From Mantamonas sphyraenae STR306 (Eukaryota; Protista; CRuMs), in contig JAPMXV010000035.1 in NCBI GenBank assembly GCA_026936335.1, forward strand, positions 248,001 through 312,000: a stretch of DNA of 64,000 nt, in the 5' to 3' direction. The position numbers were made by a program, and so were the translations under genes. The notes under the pieces were generated by a model. The model was given only the letters and a program-made list of their open reading frames with translations. It had not been told where the DNA came from and searched no databases. Positions 24,127 through 35,107 of the stretch are shown one piece after another. How positions within the stretch are numbered: the stretch's first letter is position 1; every line of letters begins with the position of its first letter.

Positions 24127-25080
24127 TTATGATATTGCGTTGGTGGCAGTGGGCACGACTGTATGCGCAGCCCACAAGAGGGAGGCGAGGAGGACGGCGT
24201 GAACGACTTGATCGGCGCCAGCGGGAGGCTGGAGGTACAGCTGGATGGGCACAAGGATGAACGAGAGAGTGGCAAGGACGTAGATATAGTGGCGAGCATG
24301 GCGTGGATGAGCATCCTTGGCTGAGCGGTGTGTGAGGAGCCCGAGGTGTGAACGAAGGACGGTTGTGTGGCCAGCGTGAGAGACAAGAGCGAGGAGAGCA
24401 CCGAGGACAATTTGACGCCAGGAGTGGAAGCCAAGGGTCCATGTGCGGATGCAGGTGAGGGTGGAGGTGAGGAGGACGAGGAGGAAGGAGAGGAGGAAGG
24501 AGCGGGAGAGGGTGGTGTGTGCAGATGGAGACATCCAGCAGCGCCAGAGGTCTGTGTGGGCGTTGAGAGAGGTGACTGGGTGGGACGTAGGGTGGATGTG
24601 GACGGCCATGGACGGGAGGGCGAGGAGCCAGAAGAGATGAAAGTGAAAGTGGCCCGAAACACCGTTTGGATGGACGTTGCAGGCAGAATCACGGGAGAGG
24701 TGCTTGAGGATGACGTTGACAGCGTACGCACAGAGCCACCAGACAAACGAGGAGGCGACGTGGAGGATGGGAAAGCGAAGATCTTGGTGCCGTCGCCACG
24801 TCATCGCGGCGAGGGCCACGAGACAGACGACAATGGAAATGACGGTGGTGGCAAAGAGAGGGGTGGCCGGGATCCAAAGGTTTCGCGTGAGGTTGCGCAC
24901 AAGGAGCTTGTTGGCTGGGTCGTAGCGGTCGATGGCGCAAAAGTCGAGCAAGTCAGGCCTGACGAGCTGGACGAGGAGGGTGGCGACGACGATGAAGATG
25001 GACACGCGGAGGACGAGTCGTACGTACGACGTGGAATCAGAGGAGGGGGAGGAGGACGAGATTGTGGAAGAGGTGGCCAT
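24127..25080 (-). CDS. PAP2-superfamily (lipid phosphatase / FIT-like) membrane protein
   Basis: ILKHLSR, VSGH and RTWTLGFHSWRQIVLG correspond to the PAP2 C1/C2/C3 motifs; multiple TM helices. Confidence 0.7.
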   Translation of the reverse strand: MATSSTISSSSPSSDSTSYVRLVLRVSIFIVVATLLVQLVRPDLLDFCAIDRYDPANKLLVRNLTRNLWIPATPLFATTVISIVVCLVALAAMTWRRHQDLRFPILHVASSFVWWLCAYAVNVILKHLSRDSACNVHPNGVSGHFHFHLFWLLALPSMAVHIHPTSHPVTSLNAHTDLWRCWMSPSAHTTLSRSFLLSFLLVLLTSTLTCIRTWTLGFHSWRQIVLGALLALVSHAGHTTVLRSHLGLLTHRSAKDAHPRHARHYIYVLATLSFILVPIQLYLQPPAGADQVVHAVLLASLLWAAHTVVPTATNAIS

Positions 25081-25262
25081 TTGGAACGAGTTTCGGCTGG
25101 CGCAGCTGGAGTCATCAAAATCCAAACGAAGCAGTAGGTGCAGGGTGTGGCTGTGAATGGAATGGAGCGTGTGCAGGCGGTGAGAGGGTTTCATGAGAGA
25201 GTAGAATGGCGTTGGAACTCACACGCAAGGGTGTTTGGGGGCAAATCTGCAATCCCCAGAGC

Positions 25263-27440
25263 ATGTCGGCAAGCGTGACCAACCCGGGCAAGGACATCGA
25301 CAACAAGGTGGACATGTTCAACGTGAACAAGGCGGCGGCGGAACGTGACTACAACATCCACCCGCGCCTGGGTAAGTGGAGGAGGGCGTGTGCGGGAGTG
25401 GAGCAAAAGAGGGGGGGTCAGAGGATCCGCGTGCACGCAGAGGCTGACGCGCAGGAAACTCCACGTTGAAACTCATGGATGACGCGCAGACTACCGTACG
25501 GTGACAGCAGTGAATGGACCGCTGGTGATTCTGGAGAACGTCAAGGTGAGTGTGTGGTGCAGGGCAAGTGGGAGACCGTGTGAGGGAGCGCAAGAGCAGA
25601 GGTCATCGGAGAAAAGGCCGCAGCGCATTTCGCAGGCTGACACAGCGAGAAACAACGTGCACACAGACACCCATGTACGCCGAGATCGTGAACCTGACTT
25701 TGCCGGACGGGTCGCACCGTCGTGGCCAGGTGCTGGAAGTGGAGGGTGACAAGGCAGTGGTGCAGGTGAGTTTTTCTTTTTGGCAGAGAGGGCTTTTTGG
25801 GAGGCCGGCTTGGCAGAAAGACGCAGCAGGTCGTGGAGGAGATGAGGAGCCGATGGGACAGGCGGATGGATGAAGGAGAGAGAACTGACACAGAGACTAC
25901 ATGGAAATGTGGAAACGCATGGCACACAGGTGTTTGAGGGTACGCACGGAGTGGACACGAAGAAGACGCGCATCGAGGCAGTCGGCGAGACACTGCGCTA
26001 CGGCGTGGCTGAGGACATGCTGGGCCGCATCTTTTCGGGAAGTGGTACGCCGATTGACAACGGACCGCCCATCCTGCCCGAGGACGAGCTGGACATCATG
26101 GGTATGCCCATCAACCCGTACTCGCGCATTTACCCCGAGGAAATGATTGAGACGGGCATCAGCGCCATCGACACGATGAACAGCATTGCGCGTGGCCAGA
26201 AGATCCCCATCTTCTCTGCTGCCGGTTTGCCGCACAACGAAATTGCCGCGCAGATTTGTCGCCAGGCCGGTCTGGTGAAGAAGACGAGCGAGGGAGAGCT
26301 GGTGGACGACGAGGAGGACAACTTTGCCATTGTGTTTGCGGCCATGGGTGTGAACATGGAGACGGCACGTTTCTTCAAGCGGGACTTTGAGGAGAACGGC
26401 TCCATGGAGAAGGTGACGCTGTTTTTGAACCTGGCCAACGACCCCACGATCGAGCGTATCATTACGCCGCGTCTGGCCCTGACCACTGCCGAGTACCTGG
26501 CGTACCAGTGCGACAAGCACGTGCTGGTCATCCTGACCGACATGAGTTCGTACGCTGATGCCCTGCGTGAGGTGTCTGCCGCTCGTGAAGAGGTGCCCGG
26601 TCGCCGTGGTTACCCGGGTTACATGTACACGGATTTGAGCACCATCTACGAGCGTGCCGGACGTGTTGAGGGACGTGGTGGTTCGATCACCCAGATCCCG
26701 ATTCTTACCATGCCCAACGACGACATTACGCATCCCATCCCGGATCTCACGGGCTACATTACTGAGGGTCAGATCGTAAGTGGAAGCGAGAGACAGAGAG
26801 AGAGGGAGGGGAGAGATGTTGGGTTCAGGAGAAAGGGTCCATCCATCCTCCATGGAACGGTGCCGAAAAGTCTTCTGCGGCGAGCCACAGGGACAGTCGA
26901 AACAGGCGAGCATTGCACAGTCAGTCATACTCACACACACACACACACACACAAACATACACACACGCACAGTACATCGACCGTCAGCTGCATAACCGTC
27001 AGATCTACCCGCCCATCAACGTGCTGCCGTCGCTGTCGCGTCTGATGAAGTCGGCTATCGGCGAGGGCATGACGCGCAAGGACCACGGCGAGGTGTCGAA
27101 CCAGATGTACATGAACTACGCCATCGGTGGGGATGTCAAGGCGATGAAGGCCGTGGTGGGTGAGGAGGCTCTGACAGCGGAGGATCTGCTGTATCTGGAG
27201 TTCCGTGACAAGTTTGAGAACAACTTCCTGCAGCAGGGCTACTATGAGAAGCGCACCATTTTCCAGTCGCTGGACATCGCCTGGTCGCTGCTGCGCACGT
27301 TCCCGCGTGAGCTGCTGAAGCGCATTTCTCTCGAGACCATCGAGGAAAACTACGACCGTCAGGTCGAGGAGGCGTTCATGGAGGCCGGCGTGGGCGTTGG
27401 CTCGTCCTCGTCCTCCTCTTCCTCGTCGGACGAGGAGTAA
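25263..27440 (+). CDS. ATP6V1B: V-type H+-ATPase subunit B, 5 exons (25263-25371, 25490-25545, 25667-25765, 25930-26775, 26973-27440)
   Basis: [58 protein letters not shown] and [15 protein letters not shown]; canonical GT-AG junctions keep the frame. Confidence 0.98.
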
Positions 27441-27523
27441 TGTGTGTGGAGAGCAGTGTTGGAGAAGGGAGAAATGGAAACCCGCGCCTGCGTGCGCAAC
27501 GTTTGTTCGGCTTTGCTTTGGGG

Positions 27524-29620
27524 ATGGAAATCGACGAGCAGCCGCCTTCAGTGCCTGTTCAAGACGCTCGTGAAGAAGAAGCGACGGACACGCACATGGA
27601 GGTGGATGCGGGCGGAGACCTTGATCGGGGGGCAAAGGAAAGCCTGCAGCCACAGCTGTCGAGTGGAGGGGATGGAGACGAAGTGAAAGGCGGGGAGGAA
27701 CAAGGGGGCGTGGGGAACGAGGAGGAATTGGAGGTAGATGGGGACGAAGGAGAAGGAGAAGGAGAGGAGGAGGACGGACAGATGGACTCGCCCAAGCCGG
27801 GCGACGAAACGCCGAGCACGTCAACAGAAGACGGAGCAAAGGAGGACGAGAAGGGAAACGACAACGAAGAAGAGCACGAAGAGGATGAAGACGAAGAGGA
27901 GGACGAAGAAGACGACGAAAGCTTTGTGGACGAAATGGGCGAGGACGACGACGAGGACGACGACGACGAGTTCGGGGAGAGCGATGAGGACGAGGAAGAG
28001 GAAGAGGACGAGGGCGAAGAGGGAATGGCCAACGAAGTGGTTTCTCTGCAAGTGTATGGGGCGCAGGGGAAGCACGGATACGAGGGAAACGGAGCGGGCC
28101 ACAGGGGCGGGGAAGGTGTCAACGGCGGCGCGCAAGCAGGAGGGCATACGGGGACAGGAGACACAGACGGAGAGCACGGTCACAGGGTGCGCAAATCGAC
28201 AGGAGGAGAGGTGGACGGCGTACTAGCTCTGCTTGCAGCACAGCGTGCAGCGCTGGCAAAAGTGCATGATCAGGAAGAGGAGAAGAGCCGGCTGGAGAAG
28301 TGGAGGGAACATGTGGACGGACTGGATGTGCACACACTGCTGGAAGAACACAAATCACATTCATTGGTGGTGTGGCACATGGAGAAACGGCGCAAGGAGG
28401 CCGCAGAGCGAGCAGCGAAGATGGAGACCGGGAACACGGAGCAAGCAGCCAGCACGAAAGAAAATCGAGCGGCGCGCATTGCCAAAGCTAAAAAGACGCT
28501 TGCCAAGCAACTGGAAAAGATGGCTGAGCGAGACGAAGAGGAGCGGCTGATCCGACAGAGGCTGCGGAAGCGAAACGGGAACGAAAAGCAGGAGACGTGT
28601 GCAGACAACGTGGTACGGCTGCGCAGCGAGCTTGCAACGTTCTTTGAACCGATTGCGGGTGAAAATGAGATTGTACGGGGCGAACAAAGCCGACTGTGGC
28701 TGGAGCCAGCAGACGGGACACACAGTGGGAGCAGTCCACGGGGCGTCAAGCGACCACGCGACTCCGAAGGACACACTGACGCACACGGGTTTGAGGTTGG
28801 CGGTGAACACGCAGAGAGTCAGGAAAGCAACAAACGGGCAAGGACAGAGGAGGTGAACGAAGGAGAGACAAGGGCGTCGTCGTCGAGTTTGTCCTCGTCC
28901 TCGTCCTCGTCCTCGTCCTCCTCGTCGATCAGCAGCAGCAGCAGCAATGATTCATCCAAGAAACGCTGGGTGTCCAGCACACAGTGGCGACGCATCACCA
29001 CGTGGGAGCAGGTGCAGCGAGCAACGGAAGGGTATGTGCAGGGCAAGCACAGCCGGGCAAGTTGGCACGCTCGCGGGAGCAGCCAGCCCGGCGAGCACGC
29101 ACAAGCAGACGCGGTTCTGTTGGCATTGGCACGTGCAGGGGCAGTTGTTGTGCGATATGGCGTGGCAACAAGCGTGGCGCCCGTGCAACGCAGTTACGTC
29201 CTGCTCCTTGTGCAAAGTGACAACAGCGCCATGCTCACGGGCCTGCGGCACGTGGCCACACAGTCCGAGGAGAGTGTGCAAATCCACCAACGAAACGAAG
29301 GCTCGGCCCTGGACGAGACTACGGCGATGTTGCAGCGGCAGCCGATGGTGCGTGAAGCAAACGCCGGCAGCACTGTACGTTTGTTTGAAGCTCCCGAGCT
29401 GGCCCTGCCAGGAGTGGACTTGAAGCTTCAGAAATGGGTTTTTGCACATTGTACGGCTGTGCTTCTGCACGACGTGCGATGGGGAGCTGCAAGGTCCACG
29501 TTGTGGCCGCTGCTCAACGACTTTGTCTCCACCCTACCGCAGCAACAGGGCACGAAGCGCTCTGCCGAAGAATCCCAGCCAGAAGTGAATGGCAGTGACA
29601 AGCGCCAACGTGTGGAGTAA
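27524..29620 (+). CDS. Acidic low-complexity protein with coiled coil and folded C-terminal domain; unknown, probably nuclear
   Basis: ~700-aa ORF from MEIDEQ, with D/E tracts and NLS-like KRPR/KRAR/KRQR. Confidence 0.7.
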   Translation: MEIDEQPPSVPVQDAREEEATDTHMEVDAGGDLDRGAKESLQPQLSSGGDGDEVKGGEEQGGVGNEEELEVDGDEGEGEGEEEDGQMDSPKPGDETPSTSTEDGAKEDEKGNDNEEEHEEDEDEEEDEEDDESFVDEMGEDDDEDDDDEFGESDEDEEEEEDEGEEGMANEVVSLQVYGAQGKHGYEGNGAGHRGGEGVNGGAQAGGHTGTGDTDGEHGHRVRKSTGGEVDGVLALLAAQRAALAKVHDQEEEKSRLEKWREHVDGLDVHTLLEEHKSHSLVVWHMEKRRKEAAERAAKMETGNTEQAASTKENRAARIAKAKKTLAKQLEKMAERDEEERLIRQRLRKRNGNEKQETCADNVVRLRSELATFFEPIAGENEIVRGEQSRLWLEPADGTHSGSSPRGVKRPRDSEGHTDAHGFEVGGEHAESQESNKRARTEEVNEGETRASSSSLSSSSSSSSSSSSISSSSSNDSSKKRWVSSTQWRRITTWEQVQRATEGYVQGKHSRASWHARGSSQPGEHAQADAVLLALARAGAVVVRYGVATSVAPVQRSYVLLLVQSDNSAMLTGLRHVATQSEESVQIHQRNEGSALDETTAMLQRQPMVREANAGSTVRLFEAPELALPGVDLKLQKWVFAHCTAVLLHDVRWGAARSTLWPLLNDFVSTLPQQQGTKRSAEESQPEVNGSDKRQRVE

Positions 29621-29665
29621 ATGTTTCCGGCAAACAGGAATTCAATGTGTTGTTTGGGAGGCCCA

Positions 29666-30088
29666 TCAGCGAACGGTCATCACGGCGCAGGGCGCTTCCT
29701 TGCACACCGTCTTGGACACGGAGCCGAGAAAGACGTGCTTGAGCGTGTCATTGACGTGTCCCACGGCCACGAGGTCAATTTCCAGCTCGTTGATCTTCTC
29801 GATGATGGCGGTAGCGACGCCGGAAGCGTCCGACACAATCACCTCTTCGTGGTCAATTTTCCGCTCCTCGCACAACTCGCTATAGGACTGCAGGAGCACG
29901 CTTGCGTCCTCTTTGTTGCTCTTTGTCTTTTCCTCGTTGCTCGATGCGCTGTGCAGAGGGTTGTGTGCCTCGCCATACACGTGCATAAGATAAAGTCGGT
30001 CGCCATCTTTCAGCAGCTGCAGTATGCTTGCAAACACCCGGTCAGCATTCTCGCTGCCATCCAGACACACCATTGTCCTTTTTCCCAT
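29666..30088 (-). CDS. Universal stress protein (UspA-like)
   Basis: MVCLDGSENA...LYLMHV...IDLVAVGH...FLGSVSKTVCKEAPCAVMTVR. Confidence 0.92.
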   Translation of the reverse strand: MGKRTMVCLDGSENADRVFASILQLLKDGDRLYLMHVYGEAHNPLHSASSNEEKTKSNKEDASVLLQSYSELCEERKIDHEEVIVSDASGVATAIIEKINELEIDLVAVGHVNDTLKHVFLGSVSKTVCKEAPCAVMTVR

Positions 30089-30123
30089 GGTTGCTTGACC
30101 TCTGCACGATGGTGGTTGCCCGC

Positions 30124-30147
30124 GTGTGTGTGTGTGTGTGTGTGTGT
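30124..30147. repeat. (GT)12 microsatellite in a divergent intergenic gap
   Basis: Seen directly. Confidence 0.95.
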
Positions 30148-30192
30148 GGGAGTTTGCTTGTCGGTGTCGGCGCCGGCTGGACCACAGGATCA

Positions 30193-30687
30193 ATGTTTGC
30201 AAGGATACTGCCGTTGCGCAACTTTTCAGCGTACAACTCTGCAGCACTGGCCACGGTGCACCGTGTTTCTGTGCAGCGCCCACTGTACACTTGCGTGCAT
30301 GTGCAGGCAGACGACATCAATCCCGGCGACACACCTCCCGCCCCTGTGACGATTACCCTGGACGAGGACGACTTGGAAGAAAGATTCACTCTAGGCGGAG
30401 GCAAGGGAGGACAGAAAATCAACAAGACGGCATCACTTGTGTTGCTGCGGCACAAACCAACCGGCATAGTTGTCCGCTGCCAAGCACAACGTTCCCAAGC
30501 GGACAACAGGCGCATTGCACGCAAGCGCATGCTCGAAAAGCTTGACCAGCACTTCAATGGCACCCTTAGCAAACGCTCACGCCGCGCTGACAAGAAACGC
30601 AAGCAGAAGCAGCGTCGAAAGCGGAGAACAAAGGCAAAGCTGGAGCAGTCGCTGGAGCAGGTCTCGGCTCCAGCTCCAGAGACGTGA
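30193..30687 (+). CDS. MTRFR: Mitochondrial GGQ peptidyl-tRNA hydrolase / ribosome rescue factor (C12orf65-like)
   Basis: Transit-like N-terminus, LDEDDLEERFTLGGGKGGQKINKT, LRHKPTGIVVRCQAQRSQ, and a basic tail. Confidence 0.88.
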   Translation: MFARILPLRNFSAYNSAALATVHRVSVQRPLYTCVHVQADDINPGDTPPAPVTITLDEDDLEERFTLGGGKGGQKINKTASLVLLRHKPTGIVVRCQAQRSQADNRRIARKRMLEKLDQHFNGTLSKRSRRADKKRKQKQRRKRRTKAKLEQSLEQVSAPAPET

Positions 30688-30758
30688 CAACGTCTTGCAT
30701 GAAGCAAGGGAAGAAGGTAGAGGCACACGCAATGTAATCGCTGCCAAACACACACGTT

Positions 30759-33700
30759 TCACTTCCTCCTGCGCTTCTTGCCTGTGGACTTGGCGGTGCT
30801 GCTGCTCGTGCTCTTCTTGGCCGGCGTCTTGCCTCCTGCCTCGCCACCATCTGCGCTGCTGTCCAGCGTCTCTACAAACTCCTCGCGGAAGAACTGCATC
30901 AGAGAGTCCTGTCCCTGGCTGTCCCACGCCGGCAGAGTGAACAGGCCGTTCTTCGACTCGCGCTGGAACAGTTGCTGTTTCGCCAGTTCACTCAGCTCGT
31001 CTGCATCATCCTCCGCTTCCGCCTCGACTTGTTTCTGCTCTTCTTCCTCCGCAAGCTCGTCCTCCTCATCATCCTCATCCTCCTCCTCCGCATCGTCATC
31101 CTGCTCGTCGTCATCGTCCTCCAACTCGTCGTCGTCCCACACGTATGCATCATCCACGTCCAGGGCGTCGTCATCGCCTGCATCTGCCTCTCCTCCTTCT
31201 TCTACCCCGCCCTTCGCATCTGCCTCCTGGTCGCCCTCCTGTTCTGCCAGCGCCCTGGCCTGGTTCTCCGCCTTGAGCAGCAGGGTGTCCATAAACGCCT
31301 CTGCAATCTTGCTCACCGAGGGGAGCACGTGTGCAGGCGAGTCAAACAGGTCGCCCACCCGTCCCATGGTCCTGCTCGGCTGCATCTGTGCTGTGTCCAG
31401 CTCATCGGACGTCGACGACGACGACGATGCGCCGCCTGTTGCCCGTCCAAACATCTGTTCAAAGCGCGACTTGCCTGCGCTGCTAGCAAGCTTCACGCGC
31501 TCTGTGCTTTCTGTCTCCATGGCATCCTCGTCGTCCGGCTGGGCCAATTCGCCGCCACTCTGCCCAGCGTCGTCCGTCTTGCTCCACCCTTCACGAGTGA
31601 AACTCATTGTTGCCCGTCACATACACCAGAACGCTGCGGCGGGAGGTACTGTCCGACGTGTGGAAACCCATGGCCATGACCTGGTCGTTGTGCAGTCGCC
31701 ACATGTGCAGCGGTTTCGGCGATTCGGCCGCAAACATCATCACGAGCGACTCGGTCTTGCTCAGGTTGATGGCCAGCGCAAAGCGTCCGTCGTCGTAGTC
31801 TCCCACAGTGTCCACTGCGTAGCAGACGGTGGCCAGCTTCAGCGACCACCACACGCTCTCGTTGAGCACATTCCACACGTACACTGTGTCGGAGGAGCAC
31901 GCCAGCAGGAAGGGAGTGTTGGGCAGGAATGCAAGGATGCGCACGCGTTGCTTCGGAGACCCCAGCGTCATCACGCTCTGCAGACTGTTTGTGTCTGGCA
32001 ACCACAGCGTGATTGTCTGACCGTACGACACAGCCATCAGCGAGCCGTCTGTGGAAAAGCACGCCGCTGTGGCCTGATAGTCGCGATAGAAGCCCACCGA
32101 ACGACACACCCATGTGGACAAAACGTCTCCCTCGCCGTCGACATCCTCGCCGCCGCCCTTGCTGCTGCTCGTTGCCGCTTGGCGTGCCTTTTGTTGGGCC
32201 TCTGTGCTCGTGTACGTCTTTGCGTGCACGTCTCGATTCACCCTGCTCCACAGCTTGAACTTGTTGTCGTGCGAGCACGTCACGACCATCGGCTGCGTCG
32301 GATGAAAGGCAAGTCCGCTCACATAGCCCTCGTGCGGCGCCTCCATCTGCGTCACCAAATCGTAGTTGGCCGAGCCTGTGTTGTACGCCCAAAACTTGAG
32401 CGTGGACACATTGCCCGCGTCGCTGCTGGGCCGCCTGTCGATGGTGGCCATCATGGAGCTGTCTGCGCTGAAAGCCACCAGATCCACAAGATGAGGCGAC
32501 ACCTCACCCTTGTCGGCGCCGGACACGTGCGACGCAGCAGCCACCTGCACGTCCATCACGTGCCGGTCTGTCATCACATTGTAAAACTGCAGGTGGCCCG
32601 AAATGCCGTTCATCACAGCCAGCTCGCGCAACGGGTCAAACACAAAGCCGTGGAACAGTGAGTTGGGGTGTGCAAAGCCTCCGATGGCACCCTTGGCCAC
32701 AGCGTTCTGGAAGCGCTTCATGTACAGATCGCGCTTGCTCGAGCGGATGCCTCGAACACGCTGGACCACCTTGAGCTGCAGGGCGTCCACAAGGCGCGCC
32801 GTGTTGTCGCCACAGGTCAGCACGTACGTCTGCGCGTCCGGAGACACTGTGATGGAAGTGATCTTTGCCCCCAAGCGTGACATGAACTGCTTCTTGTCCG
32901 TCTGCAGCTGCCAGATCACCAACACGGCTTCCTCGCCACCCGAGTATAAATAGTTGCCGTCGTCGGAAAAGGCCAGAGTGGCCACCGTGTGTGCGTGCCA
33001 ATGCATGTACGACGTCACCGGGTTGCTGCCCACCAGCTCGTCGTTGTCCCCCAGAAAGTACCAGGACGTGATGCGTCCGATCACATCTCCCGTGTAAATC
33101 ACCTGCTTCTGCGGATGGAACGCAAGCGCAGACAGACTTGTCATGTGGTTGTACGTCACTTGCGCGTTGTCTCGCTCCAGATCCAAGACCACCAACTGCT
33201 GACGGAAGGTTGCCGCAAGGAAGCGCCCGTCGTTGCTCACCACCATGTGTGAGCACAGCGCAGAGCCATGACGATACAGTCGTGCTTTGCGTGTGGTCAA
33301 CAAATCGACCTTGAAGATGCGTGTGCCCACAACGCTGCTGCGTCCTCGTTTCTTCTCGCTCGAAGCGCTCTCTTGCTGCTGCGTCGACGCGGAGCTCGCT
33401 TCGTCCATACCCTGGGGCGTGTATGACATACCCCGGAATGGATTGCGTTTGGCTTTGCTGTTTTTGGCCGCCTTGCTCCCCTTCTTGCCGCCCTGCCCAC
33501 TGCTGGATTTCGTCGTGCCTGCCGCTGCCACGGCCACGTACAGCGAGTCGCCGTTCGGCGAGATGCCGGCCATGTGGTGCACAGGCATTTCGATGGTGTG
33601 CACCTAAAGGGTCATAAACAAGCGTGTGTGAATACAAGGGTGAAGGTGAGCACGTGTCAGCGGTCCTGAGTCTACCAGACGTCGTCCGCATGCGCCGTCT

Positions 33701-34008
33701 CGTCCGTCGAGCCCGACGCCACCTACCTGCAAACACAGCTCATCGTTAAAGTCCCAAACGCGCACGGTGCCGTCCAGCGAGCAGGTAAACAGCTGCAGCG
33801 GGTTGTTGGGGTTCAGCAGAGCCCCCGTCACCGTGTCCGTGTGCCCGTGCAGCGTGCGAACACATTCGCCCGTCCGAACCCCGTACATCTTCACCACGCG
33901 GGCCATGCACACGAAAAAGTAGTCCGAGTCCAGCGTAAACGTTGGCGCGGCCTGGTTTAGCGTGCCTGTCGTCAGTCGCGAGTGCTTCCATGCAGGTGAC
34001 GACGACAT
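30759..34008 (-). CDS. WDR75: WDR75/UTP17/Nan1 SSU processome WD40 protein, 2 exons, with a +1 frame break at ~31591-31607
   Basis: YMHWHAHTVATLAFSDDGNYLYSGGEEAVLVIWQL, SHDNKFKLW, and ACFSTDGSLMAV. The C-terminal FDSPAHVLPSVSKI lies in the downstream frame. Confidence 0.88.
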
Positions 34009-34101
34009 TGCAAAGCGGGCAGAAAAACTTGGTTGGCGCGGCGGATTTTCCCACCCACACATCTGCATTGGCATCTGACACGCCCCACTGCACCCATTCC
34101 T

Positions 34102-35052
34102 TCACACCCCTCCGAAATCCAACACCAGGCGGTCCCGCGATGACTCAAACTGCTCCAGTTGGACCCCGCACACTTCTCAAGCATCATCCGCGACGCTTTG
34201 AACTGCCAGTGCTCAGCGTACTTGTCACTGATGTACACCACCTTTTTGATGCCGCTCTGAATGATCGCCTTGGCACAATTGTTGCACGGAAACAGCAACA
34301 CATAGCAAACACATCCGTCCAGCGTCTGCGTCGCGTTCAGGATGGCGTTCATCTCGGCGTGTTCCACAAACGGGTACTTTGTGTCCAGTGGATCGTCGGC
34401 CTCGCGTCCCCAGCTGCCCACATCGCGTTGCCCGTGCCACACCATGTGCGTGTCAGCACTGGGGGCGAGAACAAACCGCGCGCACGACACTTACCTGATG
34501 TCTTCATCGTCGTCGCTGATACCCCAGGGGAATCCATTGTAGCCGATACCCACAATCTTTTGCTGAGGCGTCACGATGCACGAGCCAACCTACACGCGGC
34601 AGCGTCAGCCAGAGCCCTTCTTCTCCCTCCTTCCCTGTGTACACCCACCTGTGTGTTTGGATCCTTGCTCCTTTGAGCAGCGAGTGCTGCAATGCCCATG
34701 AAGTACTCGTCCCAGTTGATGTAGTCTGTCTCGGTGACCTCACTCAGTTAGTGGCTCCGTGTTGTGGATGGTGATCAGGGCCGCTCCTATCTCCCTCTCT
34801 CTGCACGCCGTACTCACAGCTCCGACTGTCCCCATCTCCCCGTGATTACGGACATAGGATGTCCACCCACCTACCTGTGCGTTTGCTCACACGCTTCAGC
34901 TTGCCATCCGCGTCTATTGATTTGTCTGACGCCAGGTTTTCCTCAATCAACGCAGAGCTGGACGACATCGTGTCCAACGCCACCTCCTTCACAGCCGCTT
35001 CCTCCTCGCTTCTCTTGCTAGTTTGTGCAATGTCCTGCTCGCTCTCACTCAT
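34102..35052 (-). CDS. DCTD: dCMP deaminase, 4 exons; last ~20 codons need a frame change at ~34170
   Basis: [13 protein letters not shown]...[14 protein letters not shown]...GIGYNGFP...HAEMNAILN...PCNNC. The family-like ending CGVQLEQF...LVLDF is in a different frame. Confidence 0.93.
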
Positions 35053-35107
35053 CTTCAACTGGCGAAGCCGGCGCTCGTGCCTTGCCAACAGAAAATCATT
35101 GCCAGAA

